Positions 39,233 through 50,259 of a stretch of DNA of 64,000 nt are shown in pieces. How positions within the stretch are numbered: the first letter of the stretch is position 1; the number at the start of each line of letters is the position of its first letter. Source of the stretch: Cyanobacteria bacterium P01_D01_bin.156. Its GTDB lineage: Bacteria > Cyanobacteriota > Cyanobacteriia > Phormidesmidales > Phormidesmidaceae. Position numbers and translations under genes: made by a program. Location of the stretch: NCBI GenBank assembly GCA_039024555.1, contig JBCCQQ010000001.1:128001-192000 (forward strand), in the 5' to 3' direction. The notes under the pieces were generated by a model. The model was not told the DNA's origin, searched no databases, and worked only from the letters and a program-made list of their open reading frames with translations.

Positions 39233-41056
39233 ATGGCGTCTTCTCAAGTAACCGTACCAAAACAGGGTTCAACCTATGACTGGCAGCTATTTAAGCGGCT
39301 GTTACCCTATATTTTGAAAGAAAAGCAGCATCTGGTATTACCGTTACTGTTATTGATTCCATTAGCCTTTGCCCAAGCATTTCAGCCCGTACTGATTGGT
39401 CAGGCGATTTCAGTGATTGGACAAGAATCTGGAGCTTGGAGTTTTTTAGCAGAGCGACCACTACAAGAGGCGCTCAATATTCTCATCATTCTGTTGCTGC
39501 TGTGCATTGGTACACGATTAGCACTGGATGGATGGCAAAGTTTTTTAGTCCAAAAAGTAGGACAAGATATTACCCGCAATATTCGGGATGATTTATTTCG
39601 TCATGTTAGCTCCCTATCGATGCGATTTTTTGATCGCACTCCAGTGGGCAAGCTAATTACCCGACTCACCAGTGATGTCAATGCGTTAGGAGATGTTTTC
39701 TCCACGGGTGCCATCGGTATTTTTAGTGACATGTTCTCCATTGTTATATCAGTGGTAACAATGTTACTCATCGACTGGCGACTGGGGCTGTTGCTGATGT
39801 TTTTGCTAATACCGGTAACAGCGATCATCATCTATTTTCAGCAACAGTACCGTATTGCCAACTATAAAGCCCGAGAAGAGCTGTCTAGCCTCAATGCCAA
39901 TCTACAAGAGAACATTGCAGGCATTGAAGTGGTGCAACTGTTTCGACGGGAAAAATTTAATGCAGAGCTGTTTCGTGCTACTAATGAACGCTATATTGAT
40001 GCGGTCGATAAAACTATCTTCAACGATTCTGCGGTATCGGCCACATTAGAATGGATTTCATTGGTTGCGATCGCAAGCGTGCTCGGTGTTGGCGGCTGGT
40101 TAGTCCTGGGCAAAAATATGGAGATTGGCACCCTCACCACATTTATCCTGTTTGCCCAGCGGTTGTTTGAGCCTCTGCGTCAGTTCGCTGACAAGTTTAC
40201 TGCCATTCAGGCAGGGTTTACCGCTGTTGAACGTCTCAACGATCTTTTGGACGAACCCATTGACATTAAAGATATTGAAGATCCAGCAGTACTTCCCGAG
40301 CCCACCGACGAGCACGATAACATTCTCCCTGGAGAGATTCGCTTTAACCACGTTTCTTTTGGTTATAAAGCTGACGAATATGTATTGAACGACCTTGATT
40401 TCACCATTCGACCTGGCGAGAAGGTAGCCCTAGTTGGCCCCACAGGAGCAGGTAAAAGTTCAATCATTCGGCTGCTTTGCCGTTTGTACGAAGTGGGCAA
40501 AGGGCAAATTTTGTTAGATGGTGTAGATATTCGCGATCTGGCGCAAGCAGATTTGCGCAAACGGATGGCCATTATTCTCCAGGATGGGTTTCTATTTTCT
40601 GGCGATGTAAGTAGCAACATTACTCTAGGTGAAGAGTACACTCCCACTCAAATTCGCCATGCGGCTGAGTCTACCAATGTGGCGAGCTTTATTGAACAGC
40701 TGCCCCAGGGATACGACACCATGGTTCGGGAACGGGGGACTAATCTTTCCGGTGGGGAGAAACAGCTGCTGGCCTTTGCCCGTGCAGCCATTCGGAATCC
40801 TGGGATTTTGGTGTTGGATGAAGCTACAGCTAACTTGGATGTGGGCACTGAGGCCCAGATTCAGTCTGCGCTGAATACGCTCTTGGAAAATCGCACTGCG
40901 ATTATTATTGCTCACCGGCTATCGACTATTCGTAATGTGGACCGAATCTTGGTACTTAAGCAGGGTCATTTGGTGGAGCAAGGCAGCCATGATGAACTAC
41001 TACATGCGAATGGGCTATATGCAAGCCTGTATAAACTACAGATGCTAGGGCAATAA
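39233..41056 (+). CDS. ABC exporter, fused permease/ATPase (MdlB/MsbA-like)
   Basis: TM domain, GPTGAGKS, LSGGEKQ, LVLDEAT and IAHRLST motifs. Confidence 0.93.
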   Translation: MASSQVTVPKQGSTYDWQLFKRLLPYILKEKQHLVLPLLLLIPLAFAQAFQPVLIGQAISVIGQESGAWSFLAERPLQEALNILIILLLLCIGTRLALDGWQSFLVQKVGQDITRNIRDDLFRHVSSLSMRFFDRTPVGKLITRLTSDVNALGDVFSTGAIGIFSDMFSIVISVVTMLLIDWRLGLLLMFLLIPVTAIIIYFQQQYRIANYKAREELSSLNANLQENIAGIEVVQLFRREKFNAELFRATNERYIDAVDKTIFNDSAVSATLEWISLVAIASVLGVGGWLVLGKNMEIGTLTTFILFAQRLFEPLRQFADKFTAIQAGFTAVERLNDLLDEPIDIKDIEDPAVLPEPTDEHDNILPGEIRFNHVSFGYKADEYVLNDLDFTIRPGEKVALVGPTGAGKSSIIRLLCRLYEVGKGQILLDGVDIRDLAQADLRKRMAIILQDGFLFSGDVSSNITLGEEYTPTQIRHAAESTNVASFIEQLPQGYDTMVRERGTNLSGGEKQLLAFARAAIRNPGILVLDEATANLDVGTEAQIQSALNTLLENRTAIIIAHRLSTIRNVDRILVLKQGHLVEQGSHDELLHANGLYASLYKLQMLGQ

Positions 41057-41747
41057 GCCTGTTCACGAATATCTACCACTGGCAATCTCATCCCCAACTC
41101 TCTGTATATTCCTTCCCCAGAGATATTGTCTATATCGCTCAATCACTAACATAGTTGTTATCAATCTCACTCATTGGAATCATTAATTGATGTATTTTAC
41201 TCTCATCGCCACAAACAACTTCAATGATTAGCATTGACACATTGGCTCACTTTAAAGCGGTATAGACCTGAATAAGTAAGGATTTAAGAAGCTCTCTAAA
41301 ATCCACTCAGATGCTCATCCAACAAGGCATTGAGTGGATCATACAATCCTCTTAGCTCTGACTGAATCCACTCGTCAAGATTGAATAGAGCATTGTTTTT
41401 CTATTGAACCAAATCAATAAAAGAGTCATTCTTCAATGCCTAGCATGAGCACTTTCATATAAATATTTTTGGAACGTTCTAATACACACAACGTCTCACG
41501 AAGTAAGACATCAGACATAGGCTAGGGTCTATTGTATTCCTAGCTAAAAAGGCTTCTCACCGTTAGGTTTCAAGCACTAACCCTTAATTGCATTTGAGTG
41601 AAGGGTATTAAGAATCCGTTCCATTACACCCGCAAATCATACAACTCTCACGTTCTCCCACAGCGAAGGGTAATTGTGAGGTTCTATTGTTCTGCCAATC
41701 GTCAACTAACTGCACATTGAACTCTTGTCCATTAGAGACTTCTAAAG

Positions 41748-42887
41748 ATGAAATTTTATATAACAATGCTTGTGACAACACTTTTAATGTTGTCCAAGAC
41801 GACTATTGCAGCCGCAGTTTCTATTCCTGAAATCAAGTCAGAACCCGTAGTTCAAGGTCAAGAAACTCTCATTTGGCCTCGCGAGGGTGATCGTGACCTA
41901 ATTCCACAGCGTTCCTTTGACTATCCCGATTTAACAGGACGAGGCAATGTTATCGATGACTGGCATATGCAAACCAGCCGTGATGATTGGGATTTATTAA
42001 TTTCATCGGCAGGTAACTTTCATCGTTTCTTAAACGGCTTTTTCCGTCAGCGATACTTACCTAACAATCCTAGTGTTGCCAACGGCCAATGGGGGTACTC
42101 TACCTCGCCACCCATTTCCCTTGAGCAGATTGAAAATGGAGGACGTTTGACTTTTGGAAACATAGAAATCATGGGGAATCCCATGATTGTCACAGGTCCC
42201 AAGAAACTTATGGAGGAGATGAAGAGACGTGGATTTGCTGAAGGTGAGCCCGCACCTATGCTCAGTAACCATGGTAATGTGCTGCTGGTTAGGGCAGGTA
42301 ATCCTAAGAATATTCAAGGTCTTTGGGATTTAGGTCGACCCGACGTCAAAGTTGCCACCCCAAATCCCAAAACTGAGACTCGGGCTTTTGACAACTACCG
42401 TACCAGTATCTTTCACATGGCGTTTCGTGATGTGGAAGCACAGACTGGCAACATTGACGAAGCCGAGCGCCAAGCTAATCTACTGTTTAATCAAGTCTTT
42501 AACAACCAGTCTATCCCTGGCAAATGGGTTGTTGGAGATCGAATCCACCATCGGGATTTACCTCAAATCGTAGCCGATAGCGATGCTGATGCTGGTATCT
42601 TCTTCTATCACTTAGCGCAAACAGCTATGGAAGCTCATCCTGGCAGGTTTGAGATTGTTCCCCTAGGAGGCACCGCGGAAAATCCAGAGCCCATGCTAGG
42701 GAATCGTGTAGCCACCATGTTTGCTATTCGTATTGCAGGAGATTGGACGTCTCAGCAAAAGACCAACCGAGATCGGTTCTTCTCAAAAATTACTAGTCCA
42801 AGAGAGAATCGGACTCTCTTGAAGAGATACTGGTTACGGCCACCAGTGACAACTGGCAATAATCAACCTCCTTTACCGAGTAATTAG
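41748..42887 (+). CDS. Secreted ModA-like oxyanion-binding-fold protein, orphan
   Basis: Signal peptide; LLVRAGNPKNIQGLWDLGRPDVKVATPNP; IHHRD; DADAGIFFYHLA. Confidence 0.7.
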   Translation: MKFYITMLVTTLLMLSKTTIAAAVSIPEIKSEPVVQGQETLIWPREGDRDLIPQRSFDYPDLTGRGNVIDDWHMQTSRDDWDLLISSAGNFHRFLNGFFRQRYLPNNPSVANGQWGYSTSPPISLEQIENGGRLTFGNIEIMGNPMIVTGPKKLMEEMKRRGFAEGEPAPMLSNHGNVLLVRAGNPKNIQGLWDLGRPDVKVATPNPKTETRAFDNYRTSIFHMAFRDVEAQTGNIDEAERQANLLFNQVFNNQSIPGKWVVGDRIHHRDLPQIVADSDADAGIFFYHLAQTAMEAHPGRFEIVPLGGTAENPEPMLGNRVATMFAIRIAGDWTSQQKTNRDRFFSKITSPRENRTLLKRYWLRPPVTTGNNQPPLPSN

Positions 42888-42933
42888 GGTCTAGATAAAG
42901 AGTGGCTAACAACCGCTCTGGGCTAGATATCCA

Positions 42934-42984
42934 CAAGCCTTTTGGCGGTGCTTAATCTTTAATCAAGCACCGCCAAAAGGCTTG
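42934..42984. repeat. 20-bp perfect inverted repeat
   Basis: caagccttttggcggtgctt / aagcaccgccaaaaggcttg with an 11-nt loop. Confidence 0.85.
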
Positions 42985-43237
42985 ATTCAATGGTTTAAAC
43001 ACGCCACTATCTCAGACTCATACTTCAACCTGACAAACTCTAAATTCTGCTATACCTCAGTCAGCATCAGCTCTGACGAAACTTCGGTCGTTGTAACTGC
43101 ACGGTTTGAGTTGGGTTGAGTGTCAAGCTGTGTAAATAAAACTATCTGTTTGCAACAAAGACTTAGGCATTACAAACGACAGCTCAGCCTATTTCCACAA
43201 TAGAGGTAAGCACACACCACCTCAGAAAATAATTTCC

Positions 43238-46210
43238 ATGGTCATCCAAGGAGCATCCACACAAAAAGCTTCCGCCGCTATCTACGAAACCGCCACCCAG
43301 ACCATTGCCAAGGAGCTGCTGGCCGAAACCGAAGAACGTCAAGGCTGGCTTGGAAAACTCCGCGATCGCACCCGTCTCCACGATCAGCTCCTCGGCTTTG
43401 CCATGGCCAACCCCGGCCTGCGAGTGCAACTGTTTCAGCTGATCGACTGCCTGCCCTCATTACCCGACAAAACTGCGATCGCTCACCACATCCGCGACTA
43501 CCTAGGCCAAGAGACCGTCGAACTACCCGGCCCCCTCAAAGCACTGCTCAACTTTACCCAGGCCAATTCCGTACCGGGCCATCTGGCAGCTACCACCTTC
43601 TCTACAGCCGTAGCCACCATGGCCAAAAAATACATTGCCGGAGAAACCATCGACCAGGTATTCAAAAGCCTAAATCAGTTACAAAAACAAAATCTCACCT
43701 TTACCGTGGACCTCTTAGGTGAAGCCGTCATTACCGAAGCAGAAGCTGAAGGTTACCTAAACCGCTATCTGTTGTTAATGGAACAACTAGCGGAGAAATT
43801 CCCCAACAAAGCTGAAGCCGAGTTGTCTAACTCGCAGGTGTCAGTTAAACTCACGGCCTTTTATTCTCAATTTGATCCGCTCAATCCCACCGGCACCCGA
43901 GACAAGGTGAGCGAACGGGTACGCCGACTGCTGCGAAAAGCAGGAGAGCTCGGTGTAGCGATCCATTTTGACATGGAACAATATGTCTACAAAGACCTGA
44001 CCCTAGCCATCCTCAAAAATGTATTGATGGAAGATGAATTCCGTCAGCGTAGCAACATTGGTCTCACGCAACAGGCTTATCTGCAGGATAGTTACTACGA
44101 CCTAAAAGACATCATCAAATGGGTTAAAGAACGAGGCACTCCTCTGACCGTAAGGCTGATCAAAGGCGCTTACTGGGACCAGGAGATGATTAAAGCGATG
44201 CAGCATGGCTGGGCACCACCAGTGTATCGGCATAAGGTCTCCACCGATGCTAATTTTGAACGCATGACGCGAGTGTTGTTGGAACATCACGAGGTGATTT
44301 ATGCAGCTATCGGTAGTCATAATGTGCGCTCCCAGGCTCACGCCATCGCCATTGCCGAGGCCCTCAACATTCCTAAACGCAATCTTGAATTGCAGGTACT
44401 CTACGGCATGGCTGACAAGCTAGCTGTTGTCTTAGCCAAACGGGACTACCGGGTGCGGGTGTACTGCCCCTATGGCAATCTCATTCCCGGCATGGCCTAT
44501 CTAATTCGCCGACTGCTAGAGAATACGGCCAACACATCCTTCCTGCGCCAGTCCCTGGAAGAAACGCCCATGGCGGATCTGATTGCTCGCCCAGAATTTG
44601 TCGACATCGATACCCAGCCTGCTGAGCCAATTCTTCGTCAGGAGTTTAACAATGCCCCCGATACGGACTACGCACAACAACAGGCCAGACAAACAGCCCA
44701 GCAAGCTATTGAACAGGTGCGTAACCAGTTGGGTAAACGCTACAGCTCCTGGGTAAATGGACAATACCTAGCCACAGAAACGGTAGTACCGTCGGTAAAT
44801 CCCTCCAACCCAGCAGAGGTTGTTGGCCACATTAGTTTGCTGGATACGGCCCAGGCGGATGCTGCCATGGCCGCAGCTAAGGATGCTTTTGCCACCTGGC
44901 GCGATACCCCAGCCCCAGAGCGGGCAGCCTGCTTGCGTCGGGCCGGAGATCTTATGGCCAAACGCCGGGAAGAGCTATCGGCTTGGATTGTTCTAGAGGT
45001 GGGCAAACCGCTGCGCCAGGCAGATGGAGAAGTTTCCGAGGCCATCGACTTTTGCTATTACTATGCTGATGAAATGGAGCGGCTAGATGCTGGTATCGCC
45101 GCTGATGTGCCAGGAGAGACCAACCGCTATCGCTATTTCCCCAAGGGTATTGCCCTGGTGATTTCGCCATGGAATTTCCCCCTTGCGATCGCAACCGGCA
45201 TGACCGTAGCCGCCTTGGTCGCTGGTAACTGTACCCTGCTCAAACCTGCTGAAAATTCCGCCGTTATCGCCGCTAAGCTAGCCGAGATTCTCATCGAAGC
45301 CGGTTTCCCACCCGGTGTATTTCAGCTCATCTTTGCGAGAGGATCTACCGTCGGTGCCCATCTGGTCAAACATCCCGATATCCATCTAATTGCCTTTACC
45401 GGTTCAAGGGAAGTGGGCTGTCGCATTTATGCTGATGCAGCTCAACTCAGCTCGGGTCAAACGCATTTAAAGCGGGTGATTGCAGAAATGGGCGGTAAAA
45501 ACGCCATTATTGTCGATACTAGTGCCGATCTGGATCAGGCCGTGCAAGGTGTTGTATATTCTGCCTTTGGCTACAGTGGGCAAAAGTGTTCCGCCTGTTC
45601 ACGAGTAATTGTTCTAGAGGCCGTTCACGATACGTTTGTAGAGCGTTTAGTAGAAGCCACACGGTCTCTCAATGTCGGAGCCGCTGAATCTCCTGGCACC
45701 AAAGTGGGACCAGTGATTGATGCCACTTCCCAGAAACGCATTCAAGAGTATATCGAAACCGGAAAACAAGCAGGAGAGTTAGTGCTATCTATGGACGCAC
45801 CGGATACCGGATATTTTGTAGGGCCTACTATTTTTAGTCAAATATCTGCTGATGACACAATTGCTCAACAGGAGATTTTTGGTCCTGTGCTAGCGGTTAT
45901 TACTGCTAAAACGTTTGCAAATGCGATTGCGATCGCCAACGGTACCGACTATGCCCTGACAGGGGGTCTTTATTCTCGCACTCCTGAACACATCCAACGG
46001 GCTCAAGCTGAATTTGAAGTGGGCAATCTCTACATTAATCGAAGCATTACGGGTGCCATAGTTGCCCGTCAGCCCTTCGGTGGCTTTAAGCTATCTGGCG
46101 TTGGCTCCAAAGCAGGTGGGGCAGATTACCTACTCCAGTTCATGGAACCCAGAGTCGTCACCGAAAATATCCAACGACAAGGCTTTGCCCCCATCGAAGG
46201 ATTTGAGTAA
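43238..46210 (+). CDS. putA: Bifunctional proline dehydrogenase / P5C dehydrogenase
   Basis: DLLGEA, DME, RLIKGAYWD, RRLLENTAN; ALDH motifs SPWNFP, EMGGKN, GQKCSA, EIFGPV. Confidence 0.95.
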   Translation: MVIQGASTQKASAAIYETATQTIAKELLAETEERQGWLGKLRDRTRLHDQLLGFAMANPGLRVQLFQLIDCLPSLPDKTAIAHHIRDYLGQETVELPGPLKALLNFTQANSVPGHLAATTFSTAVATMAKKYIAGETIDQVFKSLNQLQKQNLTFTVDLLGEAVITEAEAEGYLNRYLLLMEQLAEKFPNKAEAELSNSQVSVKLTAFYSQFDPLNPTGTRDKVSERVRRLLRKAGELGVAIHFDMEQYVYKDLTLAILKNVLMEDEFRQRSNIGLTQQAYLQDSYYDLKDIIKWVKERGTPLTVRLIKGAYWDQEMIKAMQHGWAPPVYRHKVSTDANFERMTRVLLEHHEVIYAAIGSHNVRSQAHAIAIAEALNIPKRNLELQVLYGMADKLAVVLAKRDYRVRVYCPYGNLIPGMAYLIRRLLENTANTSFLRQSLEETPMADLIARPEFVDIDTQPAEPILRQEFNNAPDTDYAQQQARQTAQQAIEQVRNQLGKRYSSWVNGQYLATETVVPSVNPSNPAEVVGHISLLDTAQADAAMAAAKDAFATWRDTPAPERAACLRRAGDLMAKRREELSAWIVLEVGKPLRQADGEVSEAIDFCYYYADEMERLDAGIAADVPGETNRYRYFPKGIALVISPWNFPLAIATGMTVAALVAGNCTLLKPAENSAVIAAKLAEILIEAGFPPGVFQLIFARGSTVGAHLVKHPDIHLIAFTGSREVGCRIYADAAQLSSGQTHLKRVIAEMGGKNAIIVDTSADLDQAVQGVVYSAFGYSGQKCSACSRVIVLEAVHDTFVERLVEATRSLNVGAAESPGTKVGPVIDATSQKRIQEYIETGKQAGELVLSMDAPDTGYFVGPTIFSQISADDTIAQQEIFGPVLAVITAKTFANAIAIANGTDYALTGGLYSRTPEHIQRAQAEFEVGNLYINRSITGAIVARQPFGGFKLSGVGSKAGGADYLLQFMEPRVVTENIQRQGFAPIEGFE

Positions 46211-46226
46211 ATCTCTCGATACGAAG

Positions 46227-46427
46227 TCAGTCATCCATCCATCCACACTGATCGCAATCCCAATGGACCTGCTGCTGTTGAGTCTGACGGATAGGCATGT
46301 CGCAGCTAGGACACCGCCCTGTAAACATAGGATGCCAGTTGAGCCTGGCTAATTGTTGCTGCAGTGTATGACGTACAACTGGGGTCGGCATGACTTCCTC
46401 GTTGTAGGTTGAACTGTCGCTATTCAT
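46227..46427 (-). CDS. Small zinc-ribbon hypothetical protein
   Basis: WHPMFTGRCPSC...VHWDCDQCGW. Confidence 0.7.
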   Translation of the reverse strand: MNSDSSTYNEEVMPTPVVRHTLQQQLARLNWHPMFTGRCPSCDMPIRQTQQQQVHWDCDQCGWMDD

Positions 46428-46918
46428 AATTTACAAGCTCCCCATTCCTGGAATGCTGATACAAGGTCAATATGTATAGCAGCCGCTAGCTCCATTAGAG
46501 CAAGGCTGCGACGCCATTTCGTTTTTTTGCCAAGCAGGATAGTTTCCCTAAATGGCCTAAGGTAAATGGCGCAAGCTACATACCTGGGGGGCGTCAGATC
46601 TAGCTTGCAGACATCCTCTGTAATTCCACGTAAATATCTGCATGATTTATGTGACATATAAATTCAGGGCAGGTTCCCCATAATGACCTATCAAACTAGG
46701 TCAAATACTCTCCGTGCTAGTCAAGCTGAGATTACGTTCAACTTATTCCTAGTGCAAAACCACTAGCTTCAAGAGTTTAGCGGAGGCAATTTATAAGTGA
46801 TCGCGTTCATTGAGAGATTCTAACCCCGAGGCAAACCGTCAAACCCTCATTAAGAATCGAATTCTTAACCGCTTTCTGTAGTAGCGTTATTGACTGAAGT
46901 CCTAAATGCCCTTTAGCA

Positions 46919-47971
46919 ATGACAACCAACTGGTCCAGCCTGCTACAGCAACTTATTGATAAGCAGTCCCTCTCTGTCGATCAAGCGGAAGCCTTGATGC
47001 AGGGCTGGTTGACAGAGTCCGTTGATCCAATCATGTCCGGTGCTATTCTAGCAGCCCTACAGTCCAAAGGGTTTTCAGCAGATGAACTGGCAGGGATGGC
47101 CCGGGTACTGCAAAGTCAATCCTTGGGTGGCATGCAGGCCGATGACTCTTTACCTAGCCCCCGCATTGATACCTGCGGCACCGGTGGTGATGGCGCTTCC
47201 ACCTTTAATATTTCCACGGCGGTCACCTTTGTGGCAGCAGCAGCGGGTATTCCAGTTGTTAAGCATGGCAATCGATCTGCATCCAGCAAAGTAGGTTCTG
47301 CTGATGTACTGGAAGGATTAGGTGTAGACTTGAGCGCACCACCAGAAAAGGCTAAGGCTGCCGTGAAAGAAGTCGGTGTTACATTCCTGTTTGCTCGGGG
47401 TTGGCATCCAGCGATGAAAGCCGTAGCCCCTATTCGTGGCACCTTGAAAATTCGCACGGTGTTTAACTTGCTAGGGCCATTAGTCAATCCGCTGCGTCCC
47501 ACCGGTCAAGTGATTGGGGTATTTGACCCATCGGTTATTTCCACCATGGCCGAAGCCTTAAACCAACTGGGTATGGGGCAAGCCGTTGTGCTGCACGGTC
47601 GTGAAGGGCTAGACGAAGCAGGGTTAGGAGATGCGACAGACCTAGCCGTGCTGGCTAATGGCAAAGTGATTCCCAAGGTGATTGATCCTCAAAGTATGGG
47701 ACTCACTAAAGCAGATGTGGCTGCCTTGCGCGGGGGAGAACTCGAAGAGAATATGACCATTCTACGCAATGTGCTCCAGGGGAAAGGCACTCAAGCTCAG
47801 CAGGATGCCGTTGCTCTCAATGCAGCCCTAGCATTACAGGTGGGGGGAGCTGTTACTGGAGACACTTTTGAATCAGCCTGTGCCCACGGGGTCACTAAAG
47901 CTCAAGAGATTATCGCCAGTGGTGCAGCTTGGGATAAGTTAGAACAACTGGTGGCCTTCTTAAAAAGCTAG
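46919..47971 (+). CDS. trpD: Anthranilate phosphoribosyltransferase
   Basis: [27 protein letters not shown] and FNLLGPL motifs. Confidence 0.97.
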   Translation: MTTNWSSLLQQLIDKQSLSVDQAEALMQGWLTESVDPIMSGAILAALQSKGFSADELAGMARVLQSQSLGGMQADDSLPSPRIDTCGTGGDGASTFNISTAVTFVAAAAGIPVVKHGNRSASSKVGSADVLEGLGVDLSAPPEKAKAAVKEVGVTFLFARGWHPAMKAVAPIRGTLKIRTVFNLLGPLVNPLRPTGQVIGVFDPSVISTMAEALNQLGMGQAVVLHGREGLDEAGLGDATDLAVLANGKVIPKVIDPQSMGLTKADVAALRGGELEENMTILRNVLQGKGTQAQQDAVALNAALALQVGGAVTGDTFESACAHGVTKAQEIIASGAAWDKLEQLVAFLKS

Positions 47972-48010
47972 CTAGAGAGAAAAGTCTGTTATTCAGAGGG
48001 TGGGCAATAC

Positions 48011-49357
48011 TCACCCTTTGTCATTACTAACCATACTATCTATTGAATCTTGACACGATATTCCTTGGGCTAAAAGGGCTGCCACCCCCATGGAACAACC
48101 GCCTAAAAGAACAATACTGATTCGATCGCACCCCATACAGGTAATTAACCAGCCCAGCCCTAACGATGCAACAATCTCGGGCAGCACAATAAAACAGTTA
48201 AAAATACCCATGTAGAGACAGTTTTGTTCAGCTGGAATTGATTTAACTAACAATGCATAGGGCAGTGAGTGCATACTAGCGATCGCAATTCCCACACCCA
48301 CCATCGGCAACAGTAACAACACTGGCTGGTGAATCCAATTGATAGCAATCAGCCCAGCCGCACCACACAGCAGACTCAAACTATGGGTATGCTGTTCTCC
48401 TAATTTATCGACTACCCCATAGAGACAAACAGCGGCAACACAGCAAACTAGATTGTCGACAGCCAAACACAGACCAGACCATTCAATACTTTTGGCATAG
48501 AGGGGTGTGCCCGGCACAGCACCAAAAATATGATGGGCAATGGCCGGGGGTAGATAGAGAAACATACAAAATATCCCTAACCAGCTAAAGCATTGCACCC
48601 AGGCCAATCGACGCATCGTGGGAGGCATAGTTGTAACTGCTTGCCAAATTTGCTGCACCATACTTCCTTCTGGTTCAGGCAATGCCAGAGGTTCAGGCTC
48701 GGATGTAGTGACCACCGTCCACACCACCGACCCTAAAAATATAACGGCGCCCAGATAAAACGCATATTTGATGGACAGGGGAATATTTCCAGACTGGGTT
48801 ATGCCAGGCCAGTGTCCCATCATCCATGGCATGGCCGAGGCCAACACAGTTCCCATGCCACAGAGCAGGCTCTGTAGAATAAATCCTTGGGTTTGCTGAG
48901 CCACAGGAACTTGATCGGCCACAAACGACCGAAACGGAGTCATGCTGACATTGGCAGACGCATCTAGTAACCAAAGCAACCCTGCCGCCACCCAAAGGCT
49001 CGGGGCATTAGGCAATAGCACCAAAGCGATAGAACTGAGAACGGCTCCTACCAAAAAGTAAGGACGGCGACGACCCAAGGGAGTCCAGGTGCGATCGCTC
49101 CAGTAACCCACCACAGGCTGGATCAGCAGCCCACTCATGGGAGCGGCCAACCAGAGTAATGGCAGTTGCTGAGGCGTAGCTCCTAAAGATTCAAAAATGG
49201 CGCTGCCATTAGCCATTTGCAAGCCCCAGCCAAACTGGATGCCAAGAAATCCAAAGCTCATATTCCATAACGCCCCTATCCTGGTCGGCTGGCGTAAAGC
49301 AGGGGAAGGATTTGAAGCAGACGATGTATGAGCAACAAAGTGAACAGTTTCTACCAT
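48011..49357 (-). CDS. MFS sugar transporter, maltose/sucrose permease (SLC45-like) type
   Basis: WNMSFGFLGIQFGWGLQ, SDRTWTPLGRRRPY and YMGIFNCFIVLP motifs. Confidence 0.88.
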   Translation of the reverse strand: MVETVHFVAHTSSASNPSPALRQPTRIGALWNMSFGFLGIQFGWGLQMANGSAIFESLGATPQQLPLLWLAAPMSGLLIQPVVGYWSDRTWTPLGRRRPYFLVGAVLSSIALVLLPNAPSLWVAAGLLWLLDASANVSMTPFRSFVADQVPVAQQTQGFILQSLLCGMGTVLASAMPWMMGHWPGITQSGNIPLSIKYAFYLGAVIFLGSVVWTVVTTSEPEPLALPEPEGSMVQQIWQAVTTMPPTMRRLAWVQCFSWLGIFCMFLYLPPAIAHHIFGAVPGTPLYAKSIEWSGLCLAVDNLVCCVAAVCLYGVVDKLGEQHTHSLSLLCGAAGLIAINWIHQPVLLLLPMVGVGIAIASMHSLPYALLVKSIPAEQNCLYMGIFNCFIVLPEIVASLGLGWLITCMGCDRISIVLLGGCSMGVAALLAQGISCQDSIDSMVSNDKG

Positions 49358-49472
49358 GGCATGGCCATGGACTGCAGTACAAAATTCTGAACAAGATTAA
49401 GCATAAACACTATTAAACTGCCACAGCCAATAAACAGGCCATAGCTTAAGGCAAGTTATAGAGAGCATCGAC

Positions 49473-49517
49473 AATTTAAGGAATGCATTGTTTACAAAAC
49501 AATGCATTCCTTAAATT
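49473..49517. repeat. 21-bp perfect inverted repeat with a 3-nt spacer, between divergent genes
   Basis: aatttaaggaatgcattgttt-aca-aaacaatgcattccttaaatt. Confidence 0.9.
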
Positions 49518-49686
49518 CACAGGACAATTTTTGTTGTAAATCACCAACACGCGCTCTTTTTCATTAAAGCCTTGTAGATTATTTTGCTGCAGATATATAT
49601 CTCTATGTAACGACCTTTGAATCAGACGTGTTTTCTCTAACAAGCATTTCTAGAATGGATGTAAGCAATCTTTATCCAATATCACT

Positions 49687-50181
49687 ATGGCCAGGAAAAC
49701 AGTTCTAACAAAAACGGCCACAAAAACTGTGGGTGAGATGATGACATCTTCTCCCTTAACAGCTACCCCAGAAATGCCCCTCAAGGATGCCATTCAACTA
49801 CTCGCCAGCCATCGAATTAGTGGATTACCCGTGGTTGACGCAGCTGGAGAAGCCATAGGAGAGATTTCTGAAACGGATCTAATGTGGCAGGTCAGTGGTG
49901 CTTCTCTCCCTGCCTATGTCATGCTGCTCGATAGTGTTGTATACCTAACCAATCCAGCTCGCTATAACCAAGAACTGCACAAGGCCTTGGGGCAAACCGT
50001 AGCTGATGTCATGTCTCGCAAGGTCACTCTAATCAAAAGTGATGACGATCTACAGCTGGCCGCTCAGCTGATGCACGATAAGCAAATTCGTCGGTTACTG
50101 GTTGTTGATGATACCCAACGAGTGGTTGGAATTTTGACTCGTGGAGATATCGTGCGTGAACTCGCTAAACAGTACAGCTAA
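49687..50181 (+). CDS. CBS-domain protein
   Basis: Two CBS motifs (ISGLPVVD...GEISETD; IRRLLVVD...GILTRGD). Confidence 0.92.
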   Translation: MARKTVLTKTATKTVGEMMTSSPLTATPEMPLKDAIQLLASHRISGLPVVDAAGEAIGEISETDLMWQVSGASLPAYVMLLDSVVYLTNPARYNQELHKALGQTVADVMSRKVTLIKSDDDLQLAAQLMHDKQIRRLLVVDDTQRVVGILTRGDIVRELAKQYS

Positions 50182-50259
50182 TCTGGCCATAGATTTAAAT
50201 GGTAATCAGTCTGGCCCTGTAATATTAGTTAGAGATTGCCACGACATGCCAGAAACTAC

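Noticed and set aside
43191..43199. Single DnaA-like box upstream of putA (and another near 58045)
   Set aside because: Isolated mismatched 9-mers are expected by chance
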